Source: Octopus vulgaris (taxonomy: Eukaryota). Taken from it: 64,000 nt of DNA. A model generated the notes under the pieces. The model searched no databases. It was given only the letters and a program-made list of their open reading frames with translations, and had not been told where the DNA came from. The stretch is taken from the NCBI GenBank assembly GCA_951406725.2, contig OX597817.1, positions 60,388,001-60,452,000 of the forward strand, written 5' to 3'. This document shows positions 1-14,520 of the stretch, piece by piece. A program made the position numbers and the translations under genes. Numbering within the stretch: position 1 is the stretch's first letter; every line of letters starts with the position of its first letter.

Positions 1-25
1 TCGGTTGCATCTTGGTGCTCGTAAA

Positions 26-27
<2 letters not shown>

Positions 28-59
<32 letters not shown>

Positions 60-205
60 TGTGTGTGTGTGTTTGTGTGTGTGTATACACACGTATATAT
101 GTATAAATATCTTTATGTATATACACACATATATATCAATATACACATATACATACATACGTATATATATACATACATATATACATACATACATACATAC
201 ATACA

Positions 206-270
<65 letters not shown>
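28..270. repeat. Compound (GT)n/(CATA)n/(TA)n microsatellite, representative of dozens across the window
   Basis: Direct reading. (TA)n, (CA)n, (GA)n, (TATC)n, (CATA)n and (CTTT)n arrays recur every 0.5-1.5 kb. Confidence 0.98.
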
Positions 271-272
<2 letters not shown>

Positions 273-435
273 GTATATACGTATCTATCCTTCATTCTAT
301 CTATTTTTATGTGTGTATGTAAGTATGGATTTGAGCATTCTTAGTGAGGTGAAGGTATTTGGTGTTTGTTGCGCTTTGAAACATTGAAGTCGCACGCGTA
401 ATCCTATTTACCTTACATACAACAAGCACACATAT

Positions 436-480
<45 letters not shown>

Positions 481-819
481 TACACAGATGTATATATATA
501 TATAGAGAGAAAGTTAGATAGAGAGACAGGTAGAAGTTCAACTAAAAAAAGATATGTAAACAACATTACGACATCACATTTCAGTCACACTTGAAAATTC
601 CATCTGTTTATATTCCATAAAAACTAATTATAACAGCATCATTATCAACAACAACAACAACATCATCATCCCGAACAACAGTTATAACTACAGCAGCATC
701 AGTTACAAAATCAACAGCAACAACAACAACAACAACAACATCAAAGGCAACAACATGAAGAAGAATGTTATCAATGACAGCAACAGATTAACAATAACGC
801 TAAAAAGGGCTTCGGATTT

Positions 820-1345
820 TTGGCACAAGGCCAGCACTTTTGAGGGTAGGGGGTCTAGTCGTTTACATCGACCTCAGTCTTCAACTGATACTTTATTTTA
901 TCCATCTCAAAAGGATGAAATGCTAAGTTGATATCGGTTGTGTTTGAACTCAGAACGAAAAGATTTGGAAGAAATGCCGTTAAGCATTTTGTTCGACGCG
1001 CTGACGATTCCGCCATCTCGCTGCCTTGTAATAGTAGTAATCCCTTAGGTACAAGGCCTGAAAGTTGATGGGGCAGGGTGTGGGGGGTTAAGTGGATGAC
1101 ATCGAAATCAGCTCAACTGCTTCTAATCAATAATAGGAATAACATCGGTTTCAAATTTAGGCAGAAATCCAGGAAGTTCGGCGGGGTGGGGGTGGGGGTA
1201 AGTGGATTACCTCGTACCCCCCCCCCCCCACTGTGTTCAGCTGGTACTTATTTTAGCGACCCGGAAAAGAATGAAAGGCAAAGGCAAAGTAGACGGATTT
1301 CGAGCTCAGAAGGTAAGAACGGAGAAAATGGCGCCGAGCATTTTC
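820..1345 (-). mobile_element. Two to three diverged copies of the 36.8-kb SINE family
   Basis: AAGGATGAAA..TTTGAACTCAGAACG..GCCATCTCGCTGCC and CTGGTACTTATTTTAGCGACCCGGAAAAGAATGAAAGGCAAA. Confidence 0.75.
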
Positions 1346-1657
1346 CTGGTCTGCTGATGTGGATAAGTCCATGAGGTCAATCTGCTTCCAAGAAATAACA
1401 GCCAAATATCTCTTAAAAATTTGAAGAACGCATTTGATAATTTACTGTTGTGCCAGCTTTGCTTATTTCTCATTCTAAATATTACCTTAGTTTAGACGTA
1501 AAGATTCTGTTACCGCGTTTGTAAATTTATAATGTTAATTAATTAAATTTAGGAGATAAATGAGTCTCCTAATAACTGCTGTATTCGTCACAGGAGAACA
1601 ACTTCTTTACAACGAGTATGTGTTCATAACATACTCGACTCATAACTACAAGGGATT

Positions 1658-1701
1658 CTGGGACAGCTGATGTTTCGATATCGTTGTGACTCGTTAGCCA
1701 G
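1658..1701 (-). ncRNA. Decayed hammerhead-like motif
   Basis: Minus strand: CTGG CTAACGA GTCACAACGATATC GAAAC ATCAGCT GTC CCAG. Stem II is poor. Confidence 0.4.
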
Positions 1702-1790
1702 TAGATGACATCACTCGCATTCTCACATTCTCCTACAGTTCTTCACGCTAAGTTACAGACACGTAAAAGAACCAACATCAGTTGCCAAGC

Positions 1791-1828
<38 letters not shown>

Positions 1829-1957
1829 CGTGTATGTGTATAACATATGTATATATATATATACATACACACACACATATATATATATATACATATATAT
1901 ATACATACATACATATATATATCTATATATATATATTTGTGTATGTGTGTGTGTGTG

Positions 1958-2053
<96 letters not shown>

Positions 2054-2131
2054 TGTATATATATATACACAGATACACATGCATATATTTCATCATGTTG
2101 AACCGTTATTCTCTGGTTTTTCCCTCTTGTT

Positions 2132-2169
2132 CCTTTCTGTCGAAGAGCGTAGGCTCGAGATGTAAAAGG
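2132..2169 (+). ncRNA. Ultra-minimal hammerhead-like motif (variant core)
   Basis: CCTTT CTGTCGA A GAGC GTAG GCTC GAGAT GTA AAAGG. Lies in a ~160-bp repeat (2100-2260) with an inverted copy at ~33950-34095. Confidence 0.45.
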
Positions 2170-2286
2170 CTTTTCCATTTTTCCCGAGAGTTAAACTAAT
2201 ACACCTGCTTGTTGTTCATATACCTGTCTTCGTCTTTTGTCTTCCGTAAATTAGAACTATGTATGCATATATATATATATATATAT

Positions 2287-2607
2287 GTGGTTAGAGCGTC
2301 GAGCTTACGATCGTGAGGTTGTGAGCTCGAATCCCGGACCGGGCTGCGTGTTGTGTTCTTGAGCAAGGCACTTTATTTCACGTTGCTCCAGTTCACTCAG
2401 CTGTAGAAATGAGTTGCGACGTCTCTGGCGCCAAGATGTATCGGCCCTTGCCTTTCCCTTGGATAACACTGGTGGCGTGGAGAGGGGAGGCCGGTATGCA
2501 TGGGCGACTGCTGGTCTTCCATAAACAACCTTGCCCGGACTTGTGTCTAGGAGGGTAACTTTCTAGGTGCAATCCCATGGTCATTCATGACCGAAGGGGG
2601 TCTTTAC

Positions 2608-2611
<4 letters not shown>
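2287..2611 (+). mobile_element. tRNA-derived SINE, near full length
   Basis: A-box GTGGTTAGAGCG, B-box GCTCGAATCCC, body TTCTTGAGCAAGGCACTT..TTCACTCAGCTGTA, flanked by (TA)n. Related decayed copies at ~35852-35970 (+), ~46313-46520 (+), ~58020-58155 (-). Confidence 0.85.
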
Positions 2612-2656
<45 letters not shown>

Positions 2657-3287
2657 TATAAATGATTGAGCTATATCGTACAAGACATTTAACCAAGGTG
2701 GCACGCAGTGAAACTGAACGGTGTGGTTGATCTGAACCACACGGAAATGTCTACCTAATTTCACTCACAAGACTCGAGGCGCCCTGAGGCAAAATAACAA
2801 ACAAACAAATAGAACAACAACAAAAAGACATACGAAACAAAACTGAAACTTGCCGAAGATGCCGTGCTGTAGGATCCGATTCCAAAGGGAAATATCTTAA
2901 CCGAAACGAATGTATAGCCCCTACTTTAAAAAAAAAAAGGATCTTGGCCCGACCATGAGTTACGTGTTCACTGAATTAACGTAGAAGTTGCTGAGTACTC
3001 CGTAGACACGTGAAGTCATATGGCGAGATCAGCGTAACAATGTAATAAAGCTGCACATTTGAATTGCAGGTACAGTCTATGTGATGGGCTTCCGCACAGT
3101 TTCTGTCAATTCAATTTCATTTCCATAGTCTCGTGTCAACATAGGTCGACACGAAACTATAGTAAAAGAAAACAAAATAAAACAAAAATATAAAATTAGA
3201 AGTTTCCCCCAAATGCTGTGCGTTGAGACCGAACCCGGGACTTTGTCATTCAGAAAATTTCTTACGTCATTCGATTGTACCGCATCT

Positions 3288-3332
<45 letters not shown>

Positions 3333-3404
3333 GCAACAACAACAACAACGTATTTATAACAATAGAAACATTATCATCGTTGTCGTCGTCATCATCATCC
3401 TTAT

Positions 3405-3439
<35 letters not shown>

Positions 3440-3629
3440 GCAACAACAACAACAACTGAAGCTGCAGCAACAGCAGAAGCAGCAACAACAGCAACAGCAA
3501 CAACAACAGTAGGTTGCAGCAACTACGAAAAACGAGATAAAAACAAGAAAACAGCTGGAACAACAACAACAACAACAAAAACCACAACAGCAAATGTTGC
3601 AGTTACAACAAATTCATCACCACCACCCC

Positions 3630-3660
<31 letters not shown>

Positions 3661-4159
3661 ATCATCATCATCATCATCATCCTCCTCATCATGATCCTTA
3701 AGAGCGGCATCAGCAGCCGCAGCCGCGAGGGCCACTTAAGAAGTACCATTTGTTGGGGATACAGCAAACGATCCTGGGAAAACAGCAAACTCAGAAGAGA
3801 CACGAAGATACAGTTTATTTATTTATTTATTTATATTGTTTATATTGTTTATTTGTTTGTTTATGACGTCTCAGTTTAAAGAATCCACCGCCAGAGTTCT
3901 CGATTCCTCTCTTTTGGAATTATAAAGCTGGAAGTCTTGGAGTATGGTGGGAACGGAGCAACTTGACTCGGTTTCGGGAACGAAAACTGTTTTCTCTTGA
4001 AACCAGAGACTTTACGACTCCCCTCTCTTCCTGCCTGCCTTCCTCCCTCCCTTTCTTTCTCCCTTTCTTTCTTTCTTCCTTTCATTCTTTCTTTCTTCCT
4101 TTCTTTCTTTTTCATTCTTTCTATCTTTCTTTCTCCCTTCCTCTCTTTCTTTCTTCCTC

Positions 4160-4217
<58 letters not shown>

Positions 4218-4276
4218 TTTCTTTCTTTCTTTCCTTCCTCCCTTCCTCCCTTTCTTTCTTTCTTTCTTTCCTTCCT

Positions 4277-4308
<32 letters not shown>

Positions 4309-4853
4309 TCCTTCCTTCCTTCCTTCCTTCCTTCCTTCCTTCCTTCCTTCCTTCCTTCCTTCCTTCCTTCCTTCATTCCTTTCTTTCTTCAAAGCGAACG
4401 GCATCATCAGCGTCGTCGCCGTCGTCGTCGCCATCATCCTCATGATTGTTGATGTTGTCCTTGATGGGAGGCAGAGCTATGGTGTTTGTTATTCGCCCCC
4501 AAAATACCACACGAAAACTTACTTGCCTCGAGCTACGACCGGGGGGAGAATAACTTGTTGGGAAACAAACATTGGGGGCGTGGCGCACATGCGCTGCCAG
4601 GGAGGGTTCTGTTTACCACGTATACCAGACAAAGTTCAATTATCATCGAATTGTTTATTCATGTCGAACAGCTGTTTAAATGTGTTTAAATGTGTTTAAA
4701 TGTGTTTACGCAGCAACTCTTTACCTCTCTAGAATCAATCACACTGTATTAAGAATATGGCATCGTCGTCGATTAAACGCTTTTGAACCTAAGACTGATC
4801 GAGTTAAGCAATTACAACGGCAAGAGCAACGATGAGAGCAACAATGGCAACAG

Positions 4854-4928
<75 letters not shown>

Positions 4929-4996
4929 ATCAGTCGGTCTGTCTGTATGTCTGTCTGCCTGCCTGTCTGTCTATCTATCTGTCTGTCTGTCTGTCC

Positions 4997-5139
<143 letters not shown>

Positions 5140-5243
5140 ACTGTTAATCCAAACAAGAAAACACAGAAAAAAAACACACAGCAACGCGAGGACGTGGAAC
5201 AATTAAAGTATTATTTGACGCTCAGGAAAGAAGGGGTCGGAGG

Positions 5244-5278
5244 GTTTAACGTTTCGAGCGGAGCTCTTCGTTGGAAAC
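5244..5278 (-). ncRNA. Ultra-minimal hammerhead-like motif with no stem-III loop
   Basis: Minus strand: GTTT CCAACGA A GAGC TCC GCTC GAAAC GTT AAAC. One core substitution (G5 to A). Confidence 0.55.
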
Positions 5279-5348
5279 AAAGGAGAAGGAAAGATCCCGA
5301 GAAGGGAAGACAGAGGAAAAACATTTTTTTGCTGGTGGTGCTCAAGAG

Positions 5349-5419
<71 letters not shown>

Positions 5420-5742
5420 GCATGCATGTATTCACACAAAATGGCTCAGAGTTTTATATAAGATGACAGAGGTGCGGTTTGAGGAAGATTTGCCTGTTAT
5501 CTTTAGCATGTCGATTGACGGTGTGGAGTGACTGTCGTTTAGTTGATGTTCTCTAGTATTGTTAGCAGGTGTACCGAGGTGCTCTGAGATTGCTTGTTCG
5601 GCAACTGTGTCTTTAGAATGAGAGCAATTAATGAGTGGATGGGTGTCAGGGCGGACATATCTGGCTAGCAGGGAATATATGTACTGTTGCTATTTTAATT
5701 AACCGCATGTCTGACGTATGTCTAGGTACGAGTAATTAACCA

Positions 5743-6305
5743 GTGTGTGTGTGTGTGTGTGTGTGAGTAAATATGGGTAAGTATGTGTGTGTGAGTGAGC
5801 GTGCTACCTTGTGTGTGTGTGTGTATGTGTGTGAGAGAGTAAATATGGGTATGTGTGTTTGTGTGTGTGTATGTGTGTGTGTGAGTGAGCGTGCTACCTT
5901 GTGTGTGTGTGTATGTGTGTGTGTGAGTGAGCGTGCTACCGTGTGTGTGTGTGTGCGAATGAGAGTGTCTCGGTGTGTGTGTACGTGTGTTCGTATGTGT
6001 GTACGTAAATGTGTGTGTGTGTGTGTGGGTGAGTGTATGAGAGAGAGTAAATATGGGTATGTGTGTTTGTGTGTGTGTATGTGTGAGTGTGAGTGAGCCT
6101 GCTACCGTGTGTGTGTGTGTGCGAATGAGAGTGTCTCGGTGTGTGTGTACATGTGTTCGTATGTGTGTACGTAAATGTATGTGTGTACGTAAATGTGTGT
6201 GTGTGAGTGTATGAGAGCGTGTGTATATATGTGCGTGCGTGTGTGAGTGAATGTGTATGAGTGAGCGTGTCACTGTGCGTGTTGGCGTGTGTGTGTATGT
6301 GTGTA
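5743..6305 (+). repeat. (GT)n-derived higher-order minisatellite
   Basis: GAGTAAATATGGGTA x3, GAGC(G/C)TGCTACC x4 and GCGAATGAGAGTGTCTCGG x2, embedded in GT runs. Confidence 0.85.
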
Positions 6306-6385
6306 TGCAAAAATATCAAGTCGGTTAAAATTTTCAACTGACAATGTTGTCACAATAGCAACGGCTGTGGTGGTGGTGGAGGTAA

Positions 6386-6429
<44 letters not shown>

Positions 6430-7049
6430 GTAGTGGTAGTAGTATTAATAGTATTAGTAGTAGTAATAGTAGTAGTAGTAGTGTTTGATGATTCGTTGGC
6501 AGAATAATTGTAATGATATAAAAAATGATGATATTAATGTTGATTAGGCTAATGGCGTTGAAGATGACGACGATGACGGAGGTGGTGGTGGTGGTGGTCT
6601 TCTTGATGACGACGACGACGATGGTGATGAGAATGAGTAAGAAAAAGAGGAAGACTCTAAGGACAGAGCTCATGAAGGAAAATTTTACTGTTAATGATGA
6701 TGATGACGACGACGACGATGAAGATGAAGATGGTGATGTTCTTTAAACTATGCAAAGCAATATAACTTTCGCCTGGAACAATAAACACCAGCATATTACC
6801 GATTGTATTTTATTTTATATTTCGTTTATATATTCTCTGTTGTTTTGTATCTGCTGTCCTAAGTGTCGTTCAAATTGTCCAAATGAAAGGTTTTAACTCT
6901 GAAAGTATTACATTAAAATAATATCTATTTTCTTTAAAAAGAAAGGATGAAGCTCCCTTTCAAACCATATAGATCATGAGGCTGGTTTCTCGGTTTCTGT
7001 GGTGTATATATTCCTCTCTGAGGTCTCCATCACCCGGGGATATATACGT

Positions 7050-7265
7050 CTCAGCAAGTCTATTTTCATTAGAAGTGGAATATTTGAAAGCGACTCTCCC
7101 TTTTTGCTCCTTTTGCACTTGATAACAATACCTTTAACAACATATCACACATGAGAAAACTCGGATACAAATGTCATGTGTAAACAAGCAATAATATTGA
7201 CGTCAATTTGTACGCTGTATCCAATAAACAACTAGAAACGCTGCCACAGATAGTACACAGATACA
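7050..7265 (+). mobile_element. Degenerate non-LTR RT fragment
   Basis: IFIRSGIFESDSP.LL resembles RGIFQGDSLSPLLF; downstream LYAVSNKQLETL resembles the helix after the YxDD motif. Confidence 0.5.
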
Positions 7266-7279
7266 CAAGTTCTCTTTAT

Positions 7280-7705
7280 CTTTATCTTTTACTTGTTTCA
7301 GTAATTCAACTGAAGCCTCGATAGGTTTTAGTCCAACAGATGAAGTCCAGTTCTCAGCACTTATTTTTAAAGTCTGGTACTTATTCAGCCGGTTTCTTTT
7401 GCAGAGTCACTAATTTATAGGGTCTTAAACATACCAGCACCACTTGTCAAGCGTGGTGCGGTGACAAGCACAGGCACAAATGCATTCACATACACACTCA
7501 TACATACACCTACACACACACACTCACTCTTCCACACTCGCACACATATAGCGATAAGCTTCCATCTATCCAATTCACTCACAATGTGTTGGTTGGCCCG
7601 GAGCTATGGTTGAAGAAACTTGCCCAATGTGCCGCATTGTGGAAGTGAACCTGAAACCACGTGATAGCAAAGCAATCTACTTAATTGCGTAGCCATGCTG
7701 CGCCT
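7280..7705 (-). mobile_element. Diverged SINE, same family as 44637
   Basis: TTTTACTTGTTTCAGT tail through ACTTGCCCAA..GTGAACCTGAAACCACG..AGCCATGCTGCGCC head. Confidence 0.75.
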
Positions 7706-8497
7706 ATAATAACTATAAAATCTCAGTTAATAAGCGTGAAAGATTTATTAGTTTTAGTAACAAGTTACAAATATATTTCAAGTTGACGTTAAATAAATTA
7801 ACAAAACAGAAAAAAATACGAAATATTATTGGTTGATTTACAAACCGCCATCCAAAATGTTCTTTTTAGAAATATGATATTAAACAGGAATGCAGCAAGT
7901 CTGATGCAAGTGGAAAACTGTTATAAATTCGAGCTCAGTGTTCATCAGCTAATTATTTTATTGACCCCGAAAGAATGAAAGACACAGTCGACCTCAATCG
8001 AACTTGAACTCAGCGCGTAAAATGCTGGAAGAAATGCTGCTAAGCACATCGCCGGATTCGTTGAGAATTCTGTCAGTTCGCTGCCTTCACGAAAGAAATA
8101 ATGAAATGGATTGAAAAGAGACAACCCGTAATGATGGCAGTGTTGTTGATGACGACGACGATGATGATGCTGATGACAACAATAAGGCCAAGCTCCATAT
8201 ACAGGAAGTTACCAACGCAACAACAACAACAGCAATAAGAAACACTAGCAAGACGATTATAACCAAAACCATCAATCATTATACACGTCCGAACTGGGGA
8301 TTGAAGAAGACTGACAAAATGGACGAAGATCGATCGGAATATATCGCTTGTATTTATCTTTCTCAAAAGGATGAGCAACGTCCATGTTGGAAGTTGCTGC
8401 ATCAGACCTAATGGCCAAAAGACACTCTGCAACTAAAGAACACATTTGTCTAAATTTGTGTCTGTCTGTTTGTCTGTCTGTCTGTATATCTGTCTGC

Positions 8498-8553
<56 letters not shown>

Positions 8554-8554
8554 G

Positions 8555-8655
<101 letters not shown>

Positions 8656-8723
8656 GTATGTATGTATGTATCTATCTATCTATCTATCTATCTGTCTGTC
8701 GTTCTTTCTTTCTTTCTTTCTCC

Positions 8724-8759
<36 letters not shown>

Positions 8760-8782
8760 GTATCTATCTATCTATCTATCTA

Positions 8783-8814
<32 letters not shown>

Positions 8815-8835
8815 CATTTGTGTATACACAGACAT

Positions 8836-8945
<110 letters not shown>

Positions 8946-9230
8946 TTATATGTATAATGTATGTATGTATGTTTATATATATATATATATATGACACAAG
9001 ACAGAAAAAAAAAACAAAACAAATAGAGAAAGCGAAAATGGAACTGAAAAAGTCAATTTGTGGGATTAGACGCCGTCTTCAGTTATGGCAATCATCTTAC
9101 AAGACATTCAATGGCGTCTTCAGACTTTGGAATTTCGGTTTCAAATTGCGTGCTTCAGTTGAATAATTAATTAACCTTTACAGCAGAACAGCTGGAAGTT
9201 TTATCTTTTTAAATAGTCGTTATTATTATT

Positions 9231-9339
<109 letters not shown>

Positions 9340-9537
9340 TAAGACTTACTTAATAGCACTGTTTGATGTTAATTACATAAAAATATAGGACAAACTAACT
9401 AAATACGAACTAAAAAATTCCGCAACCAAATGAGAGTAAGTTGTTCAATGGATGCTGAATTTATGGTATATCGGTTGGCTGGTTGCTTTAGGGAATGGAT
9501 GCTGAAAGCTGGTGCTGACAATCTATCTATCTATCTG

Positions 9538-9612
<75 letters not shown>

Positions 9613-9647
9613 CCATCTATCTGTCTGTCTGTCTGTCTGTCTATCTG

Positions 9648-9824
<177 letters not shown>

Positions 9825-10416
9825 ATATATATATCTACCTACCTACCTATCTATCTATCTTGTGTCGATTTCTTCGACTAAAGGCGGTGCTCCAGCATGG
9901 TCGCAGTCAAATGACTGAAACAAGTAAAAGAATAAAAGAACACACACACACACACACATACACACACGCACACACACATACATACATACATACATACATA
10001 CATACATACATACATACATACGCGCATACATTGTATTTCTCGCTGTTCGAGAGAACGTTGAAGCCTCCTCGTTTATCATTAAAGAATCACTTGCAGGGCA
10101 CGAACCACCGATCTGTTGATTGGTTCCAGCTTACCCCTGTCAATATGGTAATCCACGCTCTCATAATCTCTCTTAATATCTTAAAACAGGTACTTTCCCT
10201 CAGAGGAATTATTAATTCATTAATTAGCAGTTTAAATGAGAACGGTAAACGACATTAATTTTGAAATTGCAGTCTTTCTAGATATTTCGGTGTTGGATTA
10301 CATTTCCATTTTAAGGATCGAAACACAAGACAGAATTTTATGGGGGCACCTAGTATCTAGGTTCAGTTTCACCAAAAGAGGTGGAATATGAGGTGGGGGA
10401 AGCAACAAGGAAAGAT

Positions 10417-10447
<31 letters not shown>

Positions 10448-10621
10448 AAAGAGAGAGAGAGAGAGAGAAAGGGAGTTATAGAAAGAAAAACTCATAGAAA
10501 AGAGGGGAGGGAGCAAGAATGAGAGTGAGAGTGAATGAAGTGATAAAGTGGAAAGAAGAAAGGTGTAAAGGCGATGAGACATTTAAAAGGCAGAGAAGAG
10601 GAAAAGAAAAGAGAAAGAAGT

Positions 10622-10658
<37 letters not shown>

Positions 10659-10894
10659 AGAGGTGGGAGAAAAGAGAGATAATATACTAACATATATGAA
10701 CATATATCTATGCGCGCGCCGGCCATGCCTGAGCATCGCCTTATATATATATATATATATAATAAAGTAAAAGCAGGAAAAAATTACATCAAAAAATCAC
10801 AGAAGATGTATGTCCATAATATAAATAATATTGTAATAATAGATAAATATATAAAGTATGGGTACTTAAAAAAGGTTTCGTTGACTACCTTCAT

Positions 10895-11228
10895 CAAACC
10901 TCGAACCACTAACCTTTTTTTTTATGGGGATACCTAAAAGATAAAGTCTACGCTATGAAGCCTGAAACAGTCGCTGATTGGAGAGCAGCCGTTGAACGAG
11001 AATGCACACAAATACTAAACGAATTGTTTCGCGATGTTTGCGATTCCATTGCTTCGCGTTGTCATCAGTGCTTGGACCAGAACGGACGTCAGTTTGAAAA
11101 CAGATGTTGGCAAAACAATAAAATAATGTCTGTAGATTCTATTAAATTTTGGAAATGAAATGTATTTTAATAAACACCTACTTTACAAGTATTTAAAGTG
11201 GGTATACATTTTGCGGGGACACCAAGTA
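10895..11228 (+). mobile_element. Tc1/mariner transposase C-terminal fragment and right end
   Basis: Reads ..FFLWGYLKDKVYAMKPETVADWRAAVERECTQI..RCHQCLDQNGRQFE (PDL.P.DFFLWG.LK-type region). Ends TTTTGCGGGGACACCAAG-TA, resembling a TIR plus TA. Confidence 0.85.
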
Positions 11229-11288
11229 CATATATATATATATACATCACATCGAAACTAACTATGACTTAATTTTTCCTCTCACACC

Positions 11289-11340
11289 GTCTCCGATGAA
11301 GGGATATTATTAATTAATATCCTAGAAACAGCTGTAAGAC
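11289..11340 (+). ncRNA. Minimal type-I hammerhead ribozyme
   Basis: GTCT CCGATGA A GGGATATT ATTAATT AATATCCT A GAAAC AGCT GTA AGAC. Lies in a ~160-bp repeat (11245-11405) also found inverted at ~51880-52038. Confidence 0.8.
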
Positions 11341-11409
11341 CTATCTATAAATGCTCTAAAATCTATACAGCCTTGGTTTTTTATCTTATTACGCAAAAAT
11401 ATTCATATA

Positions 11410-11537
<128 letters not shown>

Positions 11538-12348
11538 CATATATGTAATCACACACACACAAATGTTACAAATGTTCCACAAGCTTAAGAGATGAAAACC
11601 ATAATAGAAGGGAAATGCACAATTCTTTTCATTGTAATTGAGGGATTATTCAAAATAAAATTATTCCGCAATTCATTGTTACATATCACTTTCATTCGTA
11701 ATAGGGAAAACCGTTCACATGCAGATGTGTCGAGGCTGGCTGTTATTCATCAGTTAAGATATATTATATTCCATCGACCGGAACTAAGCTTGTTATAAAA
11801 ACGTAAGGAAATGTTACCTCCTTTTTTACTTATAACGAGGTTACTTCCGGACGAAGCGCTGAGGTAAATTTTTATTGAAGGCTAACAGCCAATTATAACG
11901 CATGTCTATCACAATGAAATGATTATTATTCAAAAGAAAAGAAACTGGTATGTAATAATAGATCTTGGAATAATCATTGAACATAGCATAATTACGCGTA
12001 AATGCATACATTTTGCATCTAGTTTGAGTTGCTAAGAAAATATCGTCAAAATTAATATATTGGTTGCATGAGGAAGTTAAAAACAGCTTTGATAGAAGGA
12101 ACCTTTGTCCGAAAAATATTTGTTATTCCAATTCTTGTTGTAAAGTCGATTTTCTAACGACATTCCAAACCATCAAGGAGATTCATATCTTGTGATAATC
12201 TGGTCGCAGTCAAGGATAAAAATATGAATCTCCAAGATTCAATTTTTCTGCTAGTTTCCTTCTCAAGTTCTTTCTATTTTTGTTTATATTTCCTGCAATG
12301 AAGAGTACATTGATATATTTAATTAATTTAAATTAATTCTATCATGAA

Positions 12349-12395
12349 CTTGCATTATTATTTTTAGATCTCTGTACGAAACGATCGTCTGCAAG
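12349..12395 (+). ncRNA. Decayed hammerhead remnant
   Basis: Stem I CTTGCA/TGCAAG and GAAAC GATC GTC are intact; the CUGANGA box is lost. Confidence 0.4.
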
Positions 12396-12643
12396 AATTA
12401 AACTTCTCATATATTTTAACAACTTGTCTCTTCAATTTTAAAATAAATTGATGCTTTTTATGGGACTCTTTTCCATAAATTCACCATACATTATATACAA
12501 GTACTACATTCATATCTTCGCAAATTTACGCCTGTAAACTCCCAGCAAAATATGAAGAATCAACATTAAAAATCTTTTTTGGAAACCTCCAAATTAAAGG
12601 ACGAATCTACATTCAACCTTTTTACACACACACACACACACAT

Positions 12644-12796
12644 ACGACGGGCTTGTTTCAGTTTCCGCCTACCGAATGCACTCAAAAGTCTTTGGTCGGT
12701 CCGAGGTTATAGTAGAAGACATTTGCCCAAGGTGCCACGCAGTGGGATTGAACCCGGAACGATGTGGTTGCTACTTACCACACAGCCACTCCTGCG

Positions 12797-12798
<2 letters not shown>
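12644..12798 (-). mobile_element. SINE head, same family as 44637
   Basis: CCCAAGGTGCCACGCAGTGGGATTGAACCCGGAAC..CCACACAGCCACTCCTGCGCC. Confidence 0.9.
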
Positions 12799-12871
<73 letters not shown>

Positions 12872-13343
12872 TGGCTGCCCCAGTCGTCTCATGCAAATAT
12901 ATATTAAAAGCTCTGGAAGTTCAACTATGTTTTGCTTGTTCGCTGAAGTTGGTGGAAAGAAATGAGTGTAGAGATGTGCCAAAACAGCTTGTGATGGAGC
13001 TGTGCTGTTTGAAGTAAGAAAACATCACCTGAAGTAAGACACCTGTTGCCTGAAGTAAGAAATAGGTTACTGTATAGTTTGCTTAAAGAAAGACATTCAG
13101 TTTTATTTTCCACCTATAGCTGCTGGAGTCAGTGTTCTTAGCAAAGGTATCTGACGCCCTCTTTTACCGGTGAAAGGTTCGCAAAGATTTGGTCATCAAT
13201 GGAGACGTTTATAAGTTAAAGCAGAACAATATTTGGAAACGATGATTGCTACATTATATTGGTACCAAATTCTTTATCACTTCTTTTTTAAAATTCCATT
13301 GGTTATCTGCTAGGGTCTGCAATAGCAAAATATGCCAATGTAA

Positions 13344-13544
13344 CTCATAAATTATTTGTGGGCCACATAAAAATGTGGCAATCTGGAATAGCAGGGTTTT
13401 CAGGAAAAGAAAATACGCACTTTACAAAAACAATATTTACAGATTGTTTTTGTAAAGTGCTTGTTAGATGGTTATTTTCTTTTCCCGAAAACCCTGCTAT
13501 TCTAGATTGCCTCATTTTTATGTGACCCACAAAAAATTTATGAG
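13344..13544. repeat. ~200-bp imperfect fold-back palindrome
   Basis: CTCATAAATT..CCACATAAAAATG..GCAGGGTTTTC is mirrored by GAAAACCCTGC..CATTTTTATGTG..AATTTATGAG. Confidence 0.95.
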
Positions 13545-13547
13545 CAG

Positions 13548-13604
13548 AACAAAATAAGACGTTTCTAAAAGTTCAAGTTGTAAGTAACTCTTATCGGTTT
13601 TGTT
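13548..13604 (-). ncRNA. Decayed hammerhead-like motif abutting the 13.4-kb palindrome
   Basis: Minus strand: AACAAAA CCGATAA GAGTT..AACTT TTA GAAAC GTC TTATTTTGTT. Confidence 0.4.
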
Positions 13605-13940
13605 ATCCATTTTCTCACGGTGGAATTTTGTTTCTTTATTAGAAATCTTGGCCTTCATTATAAGAAGAATTCTAACAATTAGAAGGTAACTTATAGTGAT
13701 ACTCTGATACATGGATTGATACCTAGGTACATAGATGCTGACAAAGATACTCGTAGTCATAAAAATACCTGAATAATACAATGGTACTCATGTGTATACA
13801 AGAGTATATATATATACATACAATACATACAATGATACATGTGTGAATACACGTAGACACACAAATGCAAAAATATGTGTGCCCATAGAAATAATACCCC
13901 AGTACATATTTACATACTAAAATACATTTACTCACACAAT

Positions 13941-14064
<124 letters not shown>

Positions 14065-14090
14065 GCCTGTCTGTCTGCCTGTCTTTCTGC

Positions 14091-14198
<108 letters not shown>

Positions 14199-14407
14199 AC
14201 CTATCTGTCTGTCTGTCTACATACTTTCAAACATACATATTCAAATACGTAGATACACAGATACATTGATGTATACATGGATGCATAAAAACATTAATTT
14301 GCTAACCAAAAGATACATACAGAGATATAGAAATACATAGATATAAAACTAGATATGAACGCGCAGATCCAAACTCATAACATATACATGTATATATAAG
14401 AATTTAT

Positions 14408-14520
<113 letters not shown>

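Noticed and set aside
4673-4708. TGTGTTTAAA tandem (~3.5 copies), and CCTACGCGCACGCATGTAA x2 at ~27453
   Set aside because: Ordinary local slippage duplications.
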